From positions 160,001 to 224,000 of the forward strand of contig JBCCHT010000005.1 in NCBI GenBank assembly GCA_039028615.1: 64,000 nucleotides of DNA. The letters run 5' to 3'. The position numbers and the translations under genes are program-made. Source of the DNA: Myxococcota bacterium (GTDB lineage: Bacteria; Myxococcota_A; Polyangia; Nannocystales; Nannocystaceae). Under the pieces are notes generated by a model. The model did no database searches and had not been told where the DNA came from. It saw nothing but the letters and a program-made list of their open reading frames with translations. This document shows, piece by piece, positions 13,024 through 23,057 of the stretch (positions are counted from its first letter, which is position 1; each line of letters opens with the position of its first letter).

Positions 13024-13455
13024 CGCCGCCGTCGCTTGCTCTCGGTAGAGGGCCCGATCACTCGGGATTCCTGAACGTGGAGCGGGTCCGATGCGTCGGT
13101 TCGTCGGCCCTCGTGCGAGGCGAGGACGAGCGCACTTCGATCGCCATCACGGCCCGCGGGCGGGGCAGTGAGGGCAACGCGAGCGTACGGGGGGCGTACG
13201 TCGTGCAGCGCGGTCGAGGACGGAGGACGAGGCATCGGGCCGCTGGCCGTCCATGCTACCCGAACTTCCTTCGCGCTGTGAACGAGGCAAAACCCCCGTG
13301 GGACGACTCCGCGGCGGTTTTTCGAACGGCGGGGGGGGTCGTTTACCCGGGCGGGCCCGGGCTGGTTCGGAGCCCGTGTCGCGGCCCTTTTCGGAGGCCT
13401 CGGGCTCACATCTCGATGTGCGAGATCCCACTCGAACGGGGGCCTGGCGGGCTAT

Positions 13456-14466
13456 TCAGCACTGGTCGGCGAAGTCGGAGCAGCAGCTGCCGTCCTCGAC
13501 GCACAGGGCGTCGCATCGGCAGCCGGTTGGGGCTCGCAAGCCGCATCGGGCCGCGCAGGAGTCGGGCGCGGAGGCGGTGTCCTCGTCGAGCACCTCGTGA
13601 ATCCAGCTCACCACGGCGGAGGGCTGGGCGTAGACCCGGGGCGGCCGCGTCTCGCCCGGGAGCCCACAACCCACGTCCATGCTGTCCACGCCCACCAGAC
13701 GCCAGCCATTGGCCGTCTCTACCGCCAGCGAGCCGCCTTCGTGCCCGGTACAGGTGTTCACCTCGTCTCCGCTCGGCCTCGCCCCGAGCTGATCGGGCTT
13801 GAGCGGGATGTCGTACTCGTTGCGAATCTCGAGGCTCGACACGAGCTCGACCCGCGTGCTCAGCAGTGCCGGGCCGTAGATCTCGTCCGGGGGTTCCGCC
13901 TCGCCGCCGGTCGGCGCGGTCGGCTCGGCCGCACTCGGGGTCGGCATCGCCTGCGGCGGCGACCATCCCAGCGCGACGGCGGCGTTCCCCGGCCCCACCG
14001 CGTCGAGATCGACCTTGGTGATCAGCTCGATCGCGGCGGCCCGTGCCTCGGAGAGATCGAGATCCGATTCCAGGTGCAGCAGGGCCACGTCGCCCCCGTT
14101 TCGCGGATTGTCGTAGTTCGGGTAGACGACCACCCGGTCCACCACGCGAGCCTGACCCAGCGTCTCGGTTTGGCCGAGGTTGGTGGTGCCGGCCACGATG
14201 CGCAGGTCCCCGTCGTCGCTGCCGTAGACGCAGTTCGCGGCGGTCACGACCCATGCTTCGCCGATGATGGCGCCGGCGCAGTGGTGGCTAGTCGACTCGG
14301 TGTCTTGCACCGAGACATGCCAAGGAAACTGCTCGACCGTGACCGTGTCGGCCTCGAGACGCTGTTCGTTGAGCTGTTCTCGTTCTACGGGGTCGCAGGC
14401 CATGCCGAGCACGAGGACGAGTGAGCAACACGAAAGGTGGGTCAGTCGATGGTGCATGGTGTTCAT
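13456..14466 (-). CDS. Trypsin-fold lipoprotein, catalytically substituted, with C-terminal somatomedin B domain
   Basis: FPWHVS, HHCAGAII, TAANC (normally TAAHC), DVALL, CTGHEGGSL (normally GDSGGP); SCAARCG..CRCDALCVEDGSCCSDFADQC. Confidence 0.85.
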   Translation of the reverse strand: MNTMHHRLTHLSCCSLVLVLGMACDPVEREQLNEQRLEADTVTVEQFPWHVSVQDTESTSHHCAGAIIGEAWVVTAANCVYGSDDGDLRIVAGTTNLGQTETLGQARVVDRVVVYPNYDNPRNGGDVALLHLESDLDLSEARAAAIELITKVDLDAVGPGNAAVALGWSPPQAMPTPSAAEPTAPTGGEAEPPDEIYGPALLSTRVELVSSLEIRNEYDIPLKPDQLGARPSGDEVNTCTGHEGGSLAVETANGWRLVGVDSMDVGCGLPGETRPPRVYAQPSAVVSWIHEVLDEDTASAPDSCAARCGLRAPTGCRCDALCVEDGSCCSDFADQC

Positions 14467-14629
14467 CAGCCGGGGCTCCGTACGGTTCAGTCACCTGCCG
14501 TGGCGTCGCCCATTCACCCTGCGGTCGATGAGCGGCAGGAGGCTACTGGCGGCTTCGGACGGGGTTTGGCGGGGCGGTGAATAGTCGCGGGGGCGCGGGG
14601 TGACCTACGAAGGCCGAGACCAAGCCCCC

Positions 14630-15847
14630 ATGAACTCGACCCTTCATCGGATCTTCAACGCGCTCTCTCCGTCCCTCGCCGCCTCGCTCGGAATCGTGGT
14701 GGTGGCTGGGGGGTGCTCGACCGGAGAGGCGCTCACCGACCAGGTCGACACGCTCGCACCTGGGCTGGCGGATGGAGGCGCGTCGGGAGGCGGCGATGCC
14801 GGTCCGGCCGATCCCGGCGGAGAACCCGACTGCGAGATCGGGACCCTCGGGTGCTGGTGCATGTTGGACGCCGATTGCGACGCCGGCTTGGTCTGCGATC
14901 AAGGCATCTGCCTGCCGGTCGAGGGCATCTGCGGCGACGGGGTCGTCGACGAGGCCGAAGAGTGCGACGCGGGCCCGGACAACGCCGAGGATGGAGCATG
15001 TCGGCCCGACTGCACGGCGCAGCTGTGCGGAGACGGGGTCGTGGGACCGGGCGAGGCCTGCGACGACGGCAACGACGTCGACGACGACGAGTGCAACAAC
15101 CTGTGCGGCGGCAGCAGCTGCGGCAACGGGGTGCTGGACGAGGGCGAGGAGTGCGACGACTCCAACCTCGACGATTCCGACGAGTGCCTCAGCTCGTGCC
15201 TCGCGGCCACGTGCGGCGACGGCTTCGTGCAGGCGGGGGTCGAGGAGTGCGACGACGCCGATGAAGACGAAGCGGACGGGTGCGCCGCAGATTGCGTCTG
15301 CTGGCTCGATTTCGAGGACGACGCCCAGGTGGTCGATTGGCAGCTCGAGGGCGGCTGGGAGCTCCACGACGCGGCCCCGGCCAGCCAGGTGCTCGCGGCC
15401 GTGCCCTTCGAGACGCAGGGCCGGGTCTTCGGCACCGACGGCAACCGCTCGTTGCCGTACCCCGGCGGCGAGAGTGAGAGCTCGAGCGCGACCACCTCGG
15501 ACTTCGTCTTCCCCACGTCGCTGCGCTTTCGCTCGTGGCACGTGGACGAAGGCACGGTGACCGCGGTCGGTGTGGCCGACCACAAGCGCATTCTCGTCTC
15601 GGTCGATGTGGGCGCCACGTGGGAGCCCCTGGTCGACTGCCAGCTCGGTCCCAACGAGCAGCTGCCCTTCTGCCTGGAGTGGCTGGCCTCGCGCGAAGCC
15701 GACGACTGGGACGACGTCGAGATCGATACGTCGGCCTACGCGGGCATGATGGGGCGGCTGCGCTTCGAGTACGACACCGTCGACTCGTGCTGCACGGTCG
15801 AGCAGGGCTGGTTCCTCGACGATTTCGAGGCCTTCGGGTGTTCCTGA
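14630..15847 (+). CDS. Lipoprotein with four DUF4215 Cys-rich repeats and a beta-sandwich C-terminus
   Basis: Lipobox VAGGC; four CG(D/N)GxV/L..E.CD repeats; C-terminal LRFEYDT..GWFLDD. Confidence 0.8.
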   Translation: MNSTLHRIFNALSPSLAASLGIVVVAGGCSTGEALTDQVDTLAPGLADGGASGGGDAGPADPGGEPDCEIGTLGCWCMLDADCDAGLVCDQGICLPVEGICGDGVVDEAEECDAGPDNAEDGACRPDCTAQLCGDGVVGPGEACDDGNDVDDDECNNLCGGSSCGNGVLDEGEECDDSNLDDSDECLSSCLAATCGDGFVQAGVEECDDADEDEADGCAADCVCWLDFEDDAQVVDWQLEGGWELHDAAPASQVLAAVPFETQGRVFGTDGNRSLPYPGGESESSSATTSDFVFPTSLRFRSWHVDEGTVTAVGVADHKRILVSVDVGATWEPLVDCQLGPNEQLPFCLEWLASREADDWDDVEIDTSAYAGMMGRLRFEYDTVDSCCTVEQGWFLDDFEAFGCS

Positions 15848-15905
15848 CCGACGGCGGTCCGGGGCCTCGACGCGGCGTGGCACAAAGCTGGTAGCCTCGT
15901 CTGCG

Positions 15906-17807
15906 GTGAACCAACCCCGCGAGGCCGCGATCCTCCCGGCTGCCCTCGAGGCCACGCTGGCCCCGTTGGCGGCCACCATCGGCCGCGCGCCGGGTTCGAC
16001 GATCCAGCCCCCGCAGCGCGCCCCAGACACGGCGGAGCGCGAGGCCCTGGCGGTCCTGGGCGGGCACGACGAGAACCTCGCGGGGCTGGAGCTCGAGGAC
16101 ACGCTGGGCACGGGCGGCATGGGCATCGTGCAACTGGCGTTGCAGCGTCGGCTCTACCGCAAGGTCGCGGTCAAGACGCTGCGAGAGGATCGCTTCGGCG
16201 AGGCGGCCGTGCTGGCGCTGATGCAGGAGGCGTGGATTACGGGCGCGCTCGAGCACCCGAACGTGATGCCGGTCTACGACATCGAGATCGACGCGCGCGG
16301 CCGGCCGATGGTCGTGCTCAAGCGCATCGAAGGCGAGCCGTGGACCGCGTTCATCGACGACCCCGCCCGTATCGAGCGCGAGCACCAGCAGGCCCCGCTG
16401 GCGTGGCACCTCGAGGTGTTCATGCAGGTCTGCAACGCGCTGCGCCTGGCGCACGAGCGCGGCATCCTGCATCGCGACATCAAGCCCGAGAACGTGATGA
16501 TCGGGGCCTACGGCGAGGTCTACCTGCTCGACTGGGGCATCGCGGTGAGCATGCGACCCGACGAGCACGAGCGGCTGCCGCAGGCCCGAGACGCCGACGC
16601 GGTGGCGGGCACGCCCTCGTATATGGCCCCGGAGATGATGGTCGGTGACGGCTCCCAGCTGGGGACGCATACCGACATCTACTTGCTGGGGGCGACGCTC
16701 TATCACGTGCTGGTGGGGCGGCCACCGCATCACGCGGAGACCCTCGGGGAGCTGGTCGCGAGCGCGACCCAGGTGCCCGAGCTGCCGGAGTCCGCCCCGG
16801 CCGAGCTCGTGGAGCTGTGCCGTCGCGCGATGGATCCCGAGCCTACGCGTCGCCCGGCCGACGTGGACGCGATCCTCGACGCCATCCGCATCTTCCTGCG
16901 GCATCGCAGCTCCACCGACCTGGCCGCCCGCGCCGAAGGGTCTCGGCTGGAGCTGGTGGAGATGCTCGACCACCCCGGCTCCGACCCGGTCGCGCATCGG
17001 CTCGAGGCGTACCAGCTGTTCACCGAGTGTCGCTTCGGTTTTCGCGAGGCGCTCGCCAGCTGGCCCGACAACGAGGCGGCGCGCCGAGGCCATCACGACG
17101 CGGTGCAGGCGATGATCGACTACGAACTCGCCAACGGCGACGCCTCGGCCGCGGCGGCGCTGTTGTCCGAGCTGCCCGACGCCGCCGACGACGTCCGTAC
17201 GCGGGTCCACGAGGCCTTGGCGGCGGCCGAGGCCGAAGCGGCCGAGCTCGAGCGGCTGCGCGCCCAGGCCCGCGACAGCGACCTGCGGGTCGGCGCCCGC
17301 ACCCGCACCTTCATCGTTTCGCTGCTAGGGATCCTGTTCGTGGGCATCCCGCTGTTCGGGCACATGGACGGCAACGAGGAGGACACCCGCCGCGCCCTCA
17401 CCTGGTTCCCGGTGGCGCTCCTGGCAATGCTGGTCGCGCTGCGCTGGTGGGCGCGCGAGTCGCTGGGCAAGACGGCGATCAACCGCCGGGTCATGTCCAC
17501 CGCCATGCTCATGGCCTTCGTGGAGATGGTGTTCGGCTTCGTCTTCGATGCCCTGAATGCGTCCAACGAGATCATCGAGCTCACCCACATGGTGGTGGGC
17601 ATGCTGATCACCGGGGTCTTGGCGATCCACATCGACCGGAGAATCGCGCTCACCCCGGTGGGCTATGCCCTCGCGCTGCTGGCCTGCGTGCCCTGGCTCG
17701 AGCTACGCCACGTGTGGTTCGCCATGGCCAACGCGGTCGTGACGGTGACCCTCATCGTGATCTGGCTGCCGCGCAACGACGAGCAGCGCCGCGCCTCGGC
17801 TTCGTGA
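15906..17807 (+). CDS. Ser/Thr protein kinase with C-terminal multi-pass membrane domain
   Basis: LGTGGMGIV, VAVK, HRDIKPEN, DWG, GTPSYMAPE; about 6 hydrophobic helices at the C-terminus. Confidence 0.92.
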   Translation: MNQPREAAILPAALEATLAPLAATIGRAPGSTIQPPQRAPDTAEREALAVLGGHDENLAGLELEDTLGTGGMGIVQLALQRRLYRKVAVKTLREDRFGEAAVLALMQEAWITGALEHPNVMPVYDIEIDARGRPMVVLKRIEGEPWTAFIDDPARIEREHQQAPLAWHLEVFMQVCNALRLAHERGILHRDIKPENVMIGAYGEVYLLDWGIAVSMRPDEHERLPQARDADAVAGTPSYMAPEMMVGDGSQLGTHTDIYLLGATLYHVLVGRPPHHAETLGELVASATQVPELPESAPAELVELCRRAMDPEPTRRPADVDAILDAIRIFLRHRSSTDLAARAEGSRLELVEMLDHPGSDPVAHRLEAYQLFTECRFGFREALASWPDNEAARRGHHDAVQAMIDYELANGDASAAAALLSELPDAADDVRTRVHEALAAAEAEAAELERLRAQARDSDLRVGARTRTFIVSLLGILFVGIPLFGHMDGNEEDTRRALTWFPVALLAMLVALRWWARESLGKTAINRRVMSTAMLMAFVEMVFGFVFDALNASNEIIELTHMVVGMLITGVLAIHIDRRIALTPVGYALALLACVPWLELRHVWFAMANAVVTVTLIVIWLPRNDEQRRASAS

Positions 17808-17815
17808 TCGCCCGG

Positions 17816-20197
17816 TCAGGGGTCGATGGTCAGGAGCTGATCGCGCGGCACGTTGTTGAGCACCACCGTGTGATCGGTGGCGGGCCAGTACACCTCGACG
17901 CTGTGCACGGGAGCCAGGCCGTAGCCGAGCCCGAAGTGAGCGATGTTCTCGGCCTGCGCGAGGTAGTGGCTGGCCACCCCGATGTGCCGCATCATGATCG
18001 GCGCGCCGGGCTCGGTCTGTACGCGGACCACTGCGCCCACGCCCTGCGAGTTACCGCCCTGGCCACCCGCCCGGATGCCCAGCCACGATGCCACCTCGGC
18101 GTCGTTGCGATAAAAGCCCTGGATCTCGTGGTGCGAGTGCACCAGCACGTCGAGGTCGCCGTCGCGGTCGTAGTCGAAGGTGACCAGGCCGCGGCCCTCC
18201 CGGGTGAAGTCGATGCCGGCCGCGACCGCCATCTCGGTCCACGGACCCGGGCCGTCGTTGTGCCATAGCCGCAGCGGGTTGTCGGAGAAGCCGAAGCTCG
18301 GGTAGCCAGAGCCCAGGATGAGGTCGAGCGAGCCGTCGAGGTCCGCGTCGAACAGAGAGGTGCCCCAGCCCCAGTCGCCGAAGCGCACGCCGACGTCGTC
18401 GGTCGCGTCGTAGAAGTTCAGCCCGCCCTCGTTGCGATACATGCGGTTGCCGAAGAAGAACTGGCCCGGCCACCAGATCGACGACACGAACCAGTCGAGG
18501 TCGCCGTCGTTGTCGTAGTCGCCGAAGGTCGAGCCCATGCCCGCTTCGTCGGTGCCCACGCCGGCCACGTCGGTCATGTCGACAAAGCCGCCCGCGCCGT
18601 CGTTCCACCACAGGCGGCTGGTGCCGTAGTCCGCGGCGACGGCCAGCTCGGGATATCGATCGCCGTCGAGGTCGACGAACGCGGGCGAGAAGGGCCACGC
18701 GCCCTCCGGGGCCCCGACCGAAGCCGACACCGCCTGCATGTCGAGCCCGACCGCGAGCGTGACGTCTTCGAAGAAGCCGGGGCTGGCCGCGCCGAGGTTG
18801 TGCAGCAGCCGGAAGTGGTCTTCGCCTGGACCCAGCTCGATGTTCGAGTGCCACTCGCCCAGCAGCAGGTCCATGTAGCCGTCGAGGTCGTAGTCTCCGA
18901 CGGCCACGCTCATGCCCACGTGCGGGCGCAGCGTGGTGATGTCGGCCCCGCGAATGAGCGCCTCGTCGGTGAAGTGCCCCGTGCCGTCGTTGACGTAGAG
19001 GTAGTAGCGCATCTCGGCGACGACGGAGACCATGAGGTCGAGGTCGCCATCGCCTTCGATGTCGACCCAGGCCACGCCGCCCGTGGAGTAGGAATCGGTG
19101 AGGCCGGCCGAGGCCGCGACGTCGACGAAGGTCCCGTCGCCCTGGTTGTGGAGCAGCCAGTCGGGCCCGTTCATGCGGGTCATGTAGACGTCGGGCCACC
19201 CGTCGTTGTCGTAGTCGGCCACTGCGACCGCGCCCACGATGTAGTCCGGGGTGCAGTAGTTGCCCATCTCCCACGGCTCGGTGACGTCGTCGAGCGAGCA
19301 GAAGGGGGGCGGCAGCAGGTCACCCGCATCGAGGTCGAGGCCGGCTTCGATGGTCACGTCGGTGAACATCGGCAGCGGGATGTCGGGTGGCGGCGCGCCC
19401 AGGTCGAACAGCGGCGTGCCCACGTCCAACAAGGGATCGCCGCCCGAGCCCACGCCGCTGGTGCCTCCGGGATCCGTCGTTCCGACCCCGTCCGTGTCCG
19501 TGCCGCCCGTACCCCCGGATTCGCTGGTGAAGACGGTGTCGCTGGAGAAGTCGGTGTCGGTGAAGAAGGTATCGCCGCCCGTGGTGCCTCCCGAAAAATC
19601 GGTGGTGCCTCCAGAGAAGTCGGTGGTGCCTCCAGAGAAGTCGGTGGTGCCTCCAGAGAAGTCGGTGGTGCCACCCGAGAAGTCGGTGGTGCCTCCCGAA
19701 AAATCGGTCGTGCCGCCGCCCCCGAAGGTGCTGCCGCCGGAGAAGTCGGTCGTGCCACCGCCGCCGTCGGAACTCCCCCCGGGAAGCGTGGTCGCCGAGA
19801 CGGTGTCGCTGCCCGAGGCATCGGTGGTGCCACCGGGGAGATCGGTGGTGCCGGAGGACTCGGTCTGTGGCCCGCTTTCGCCCGAGTCCTCGGGGGGCGG
19901 CATGCCGTCGCCGCTGGACGAGTCGGTGCCAATCGAGTCGGCGCTGTCGATCCCCGCGGTGGTGTCGGTGGCCGCATCGGCGTTGCCGTGGTCGGTGCTC
20001 CCAGGGGAGCCGGTGGCGTTGCCCGTGGCCTGGCCGCTGGAACCATCGGCGTTCGGAGTCGCGGCCGAGGTGTTCGCGCTGGGGGTCGACGCGTCGTCGC
20101 CACTGGCCGTGGTCATCACCGGGACCGGGTCCGAGTCGACACAACCACCGGCGAGCACGATGGCAACGGAAACATGGAACCGACGAAGACCCAGCAT
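17816..20197 (-). CDS. CRTAC1/ASPIC-UnbV family FG-GAP repeat lipoprotein with long low-complexity stalk
   Basis: Lipobox LAGGC; repeated DYDNDGxxD loops; GNSQGVGAVVRV..HFGLG..VEVYWP UnbV domain. Confidence 0.88.
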   Translation of the reverse strand: MLGLRRFHVSVAIVLAGGCVDSDPVPVMTTASGDDASTPSANTSAATPNADGSSGQATGNATGSPGSTDHGNADAATDTTAGIDSADSIGTDSSSGDGMPPPEDSGESGPQTESSGTTDLPGGTTDASGSDTVSATTLPGGSSDGGGGTTDFSGGSTFGGGGTTDFSGGTTDFSGGTTDFSGGTTDFSGGTTDFSGGTTDFSGGTTGGDTFFTDTDFSSDTVFTSESGGTGGTDTDGVGTTDPGGTSGVGSGGDPLLDVGTPLFDLGAPPPDIPLPMFTDVTIEAGLDLDAGDLLPPPFCSLDDVTEPWEMGNYCTPDYIVGAVAVADYDNDGWPDVYMTRMNGPDWLLHNQGDGTFVDVAASAGLTDSYSTGGVAWVDIEGDGDLDLMVSVVAEMRYYLYVNDGTGHFTDEALIRGADITTLRPHVGMSVAVGDYDLDGYMDLLLGEWHSNIELGPGEDHFRLLHNLGAASPGFFEDVTLAVGLDMQAVSASVGAPEGAWPFSPAFVDLDGDRYPELAVAADYGTSRLWWNDGAGGFVDMTDVAGVGTDEAGMGSTFGDYDNDGDLDWFVSSIWWPGQFFFGNRMYRNEGGLNFYDATDDVGVRFGDWGWGTSLFDADLDGSLDLILGSGYPSFGFSDNPLRLWHNDGPGPWTEMAVAAGIDFTREGRGLVTFDYDRDGDLDVLVHSHHEIQGFYRNDAEVASWLGIRAGGQGGNSQGVGAVVRVQTEPGAPIMMRHIGVASHYLAQAENIAHFGLGYGLAPVHSVEVYWPATDHTVVLNNVPRDQLLTIDP
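19580..19762 (-). repeat. 21-bp coding tandem repeat (GGTTDFS), about 6 contiguous copies plus degenerate ones
   Basis: Unit GGTGGTGCCTCCAGAGAAGTC repeated head-to-tail with synonymous variation and no spacers. Confidence 0.9.
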
Positions 20198-20303
20198 GAG
20201 CGCGACCCCGATAGTGTAGGGCGACGCCCGCAGGCGATGCGAGAACGAAACTTCTCGGATTCGTGTCGAGGCGAAATGCCCCTTCGGAATCGCGCCCGGC
20301 CGG

Positions 20304-22376
20304 CTAAAACCGCAGCCCCATGACGAAGCCGGGCCAGACCCGCACCCGCACTTCATCGACGGTGCTGCGGTAGACCTGCGGACCCCATTGGTAGAAGCCC
20401 GGCCGGGAGAGCAGCTCGGTCGTGCCGCGGTCGACCAAGACGTTCACCGTCGGGCCACCGAACACCGTTAGTCGCGAGTACGGACTCCAGCCGACCATGA
20501 AGCGCAGCTTGCCCAGCGGATCGGGCGTGGTGGGCGTGGAGAGGCCGCGGAACACCGCATGCCACCCCAGATCGATGTCGACGAACATCTTGTGCTGCAG
20601 CGGCACGTGCCCGCCGAAGCCGGCGCCGACGCGCCAGCTCTGTCCCGTTCCCGCGGGATGGATGGCCCCTTCGATGAACGAGTAGGTGTAGGTCGCAGGG
20701 AGTCGTAGTGCGACCCCGATGGCCGCGTCGTCGCTCAGCGTGATCTCGGGATGGACATTGCCCTCTCGGGTCACCGAGACGAGGCCGACGCCGGCATCGG
20801 TGCGACCGGCGAAGTTGAGCAGACCGACCTGGGCGCCTTTGACGTCCTTGCCCACGTTGACCAGGCCGAGCTGGAGGCCACGCATGGTGCCCACGATGTC
20901 GACCAGGCCCATCTGCACGCCGGGCTCTACGGTCTCGGCGTAGTTGACCATCGAGCTTTGGAATCCGGCGACGGAGCTGGCGTGGTTGAAGAACATCGAC
21001 AGCTGGGCCCCGTCGACTTGCCCCGCGAGGTTGCCCACCGTCGACAGCTGGGCTCCGTTCATGGCGCCTCGCACCACGCTCGCGCCTCCGGCCAGGGCGG
21101 CGCCGTCGAGCTGATCGACGCGGCTCCACCCGAGGGCGAAGCTGACTTTGTTGCGCAGCTTCTTGCCCGACTGGTCTTGGCCGTTGAGGCTGAGCGGCGG
21201 GAACACCCCCACGTTGACGGGAATGGTGGTGAACTCCGCTTCGGGGTCGGTCGGCGGGGCCGTGTCCCCGCGCTGCACGGTGGACTCGCGATCGACCTTG
21301 GTCAGGGCGTCGGGTTCGAGCGCCGCCACGCCGTCGGGACGCAGGGTGAGCTCGCCTCGCCACAGGTCTTGGCCATCGTCGACCCGCACCTGGTAGTGCC
21401 CGGGCTCGAGCGCCAGCGCGACCGTGCCGGAGCCCGGAGGCTTGTACAGCTCGGCGGCCAGCTTGCCCGCATCGTTGCGCACCGAGATGCGCCCACCGAT
21501 CGCCGACGAAAGCTCGATGCGCGCGGTGGTCTCGCGCAGGTCGGTCATGACCAGGTCGCCGGAGCCCGCCAGCTGGATGTCGTACGCGGCATGCTGAGCG
21601 CCGCCGCGGGTGGTCTCGGTGCGCGCGAGGGTCTCGTCGAACGCGAACTGGTAGGCCTCCGAAAGCGTGATGAGACGGTCGCCGTCGACATCCGCCGCCC
21701 CGCGCAGTCCGGTGGTGAAGTAGTGGGTGAAGAACGAGCCGCCGATGCGATCGGATTCCTGTGCCGCCTCGTCGATGGAGCTGCTGGTGAGGAACGCGTG
21801 GCCTTTGACGTCGGTGGTGTTGCTGACCAAAAAGGGCGCCCGCTTCTTGCCGCCCTTGGCTCGGGTGAAGGCCCCCGAGGCGCACGAGTCGAGCACCGCG
21901 ATGCGAACGTCGGCCGGGACCTTCTGCACGCGCTGGCGGAGCTGCTTGTACGAGACCCGGTCGCCGCCGAGCAAAAGGCCCTGCTCGTCGGAGTGCCCCG
22001 AGTAGTAGAAGATGAACTGGACGTGCTGGCCGTCGGCGCGAGCGGCCTCGATGCGCTCGCTGAGGGTGGCGAAGGCCTCCTCGAGGGCGGCGGGATCGGG
22101 GTCGGTGAGGGTGGTGCGGTCGTGGCCCGAGACGCCGCCGAAGCGCTCGAGCACGGCCCCCAGCGCCGCCGCATCGCTGCCCGCGTAGCGCAGCACCACC
22201 CGGTCGTGCCCGCCGTCGTTGGCGCCCACGACCAGGGCGAAGCGGCGCAGCGCCGGGGTGGGCACGGTGGTCTCGGCCGTGGCGTCGGTGGGCTGAGCCT
22301 CGGCGATCGTCACCGCGCCCAGGGCCACGAAGGCCCCGGCGAGCAGCGAGGGAAGGGCGGACCACAGGCGAGTCAT
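20304..22376 (-). CDS. Exported caspase-family (peptidase C14) protein with beta-helix repeats and putative outer-membrane C-terminus
   Basis: Signal peptide; RFALVVGAN, YYSGHSD (His), LDSCASG (Cys), SFFTHY; GxQxGxxN repeats; ends ...VWPGFVMGLRF. Confidence 0.9.
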   Translation of the reverse strand: MTRLWSALPSLLAGAFVALGAVTIAEAQPTDATAETTVPTPALRRFALVVGANDGGHDRVVLRYAGSDAAALGAVLERFGGVSGHDRTTLTDPDPAALEEAFATLSERIEAARADGQHVQFIFYYSGHSDEQGLLLGGDRVSYKQLRQRVQKVPADVRIAVLDSCASGAFTRAKGGKKRAPFLVSNTTDVKGHAFLTSSSIDEAAQESDRIGGSFFTHYFTTGLRGAADVDGDRLITLSEAYQFAFDETLARTETTRGGAQHAAYDIQLAGSGDLVMTDLRETTARIELSSAIGGRISVRNDAGKLAAELYKPPGSGTVALALEPGHYQVRVDDGQDLWRGELTLRPDGVAALEPDALTKVDRESTVQRGDTAPPTDPEAEFTTIPVNVGVFPPLSLNGQDQSGKKLRNKVSFALGWSRVDQLDGAALAGGASVVRGAMNGAQLSTVGNLAGQVDGAQLSMFFNHASSVAGFQSSMVNYAETVEPGVQMGLVDIVGTMRGLQLGLVNVGKDVKGAQVGLLNFAGRTDAGVGLVSVTREGNVHPEITLSDDAAIGVALRLPATYTYSFIEGAIHPAGTGQSWRVGAGFGGHVPLQHKMFVDIDLGWHAVFRGLSTPTTPDPLGKLRFMVGWSPYSRLTVFGGPTVNVLVDRGTTELLSRPGFYQWGPQVYRSTVDEVRVRVWPGFVMGLRF

Positions 22377-22936
22377 GGGCGCTTTTCGAGCGTGACGGAG
22401 CGTTGTTGCCAGCGACGGGGCAAGGGCAGGGGAGAGTGTCGCGCGTCGGGGCCTCGGGTCGTCACCCGCTGCGCGGCATCGAGGGCCGCGGGCACGTCGA
22501 TGGGATCGTGACCCGAAGTGATGAAGACGAACCGTTCATAGGATTGTGCATCGTCGAGCTCGTAGGCGTGATCCAGCGCATGGAGGCCGGTGCGAACGAG
22601 GCGAGTCGATGCCTGGGGACCCGAAGGATGGTGCAAGGTCACTTCTCCTCGACCATCGATCGACAGCACGACCCCGTGTTGGTTGCCTGCCGCCACATAG
22701 CTTATCTGCACCAGATCTCCGGCATGCGCCACGGCACCCTCGGACAGCTCTTCGATAGTCCCGTCACGCTGCCGATGGATCACCAGATGTGGCGCCAAAC
22801 CTTTGATTCGGACCGGATCCGTCCGGTCCTCGTCGCGCGGGTCCGCAGGCGCCGGGCGCTCGCGGTCGGGCTCGATGGGGGTGCAGGCGACCGCGAGCGC
22901 AAGCACCGCAAACCACATGGGGATGAGCTTCGGCAT
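22373..22936 (-). CDS. Stand-alone DUF4384/ActD-like domain lipoprotein
   Basis: Lipobox LAVAC; GDLVQISY..SIDGRGEVTLHHP..YELDDA..YERF aligns by eye with the C-terminus of 23552-24412; stop overlaps the caspase ATG. Confidence 0.8.
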   Translation of the reverse strand: MPKLIPMWFAVLALAVACTPIEPDRERPAPADPRDEDRTDPVRIKGLAPHLVIHRQRDGTIEELSEGAVAHAGDLVQISYVAAGNQHGVVLSIDGRGEVTLHHPSGPQASTRLVRTGLHALDHAYELDDAQSYERFVFITSGHDPIDVPAALDAAQRVTTRGPDARHSPLPLPRRWQQRSVTLEKRP

Positions 22937-22952
22937 CCTCGTCGCCCCCTTC

Positions 22953-22979
22953 AACACCGACGCGGCCCGTCCCTGTCCC
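22953..22979 (-). promoter_or_regulatory. ECF promoter motif A, copy 1 (before the lipoprotein-caspase operon)
   Basis: GGGACA-N13-TCGGTGTT on the minus strand; same spacing as copies at 23005 and 24455. Confidence 0.65.
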
Positions 22980-23004
22980 CGGGTTGAGATTTTTGAGGGC
23001 AAGT

Positions 23005-23031
23005 GTGACGCTTCGGCCCGCCTTCGGTGTT
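23005..23031 (+). promoter_or_regulatory. ECF promoter motif A, copy 2 (before the sigma/anti-sigma operon)
   Basis: GTGACG-N13-TCGGTGTT. Confidence 0.7.
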
Positions 23032-23057
23032 GCACGGACCGGACGCGGGGCACCCCT

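Noticed and set aside
13020..13409. ORF whose stop overlaps the SulP GTG, plus an imperfect hairpin at about 13301-13343
   Set aside because: No protein-like features, and the stem has mismatches and no U-tract; cannot support a leader or riboswitch
19580..19762. 21-bp direct repeats as a possible CRISPR array
   Set aside because: No spacers, variation is synonymous in the coding frame, and no cas genes are present
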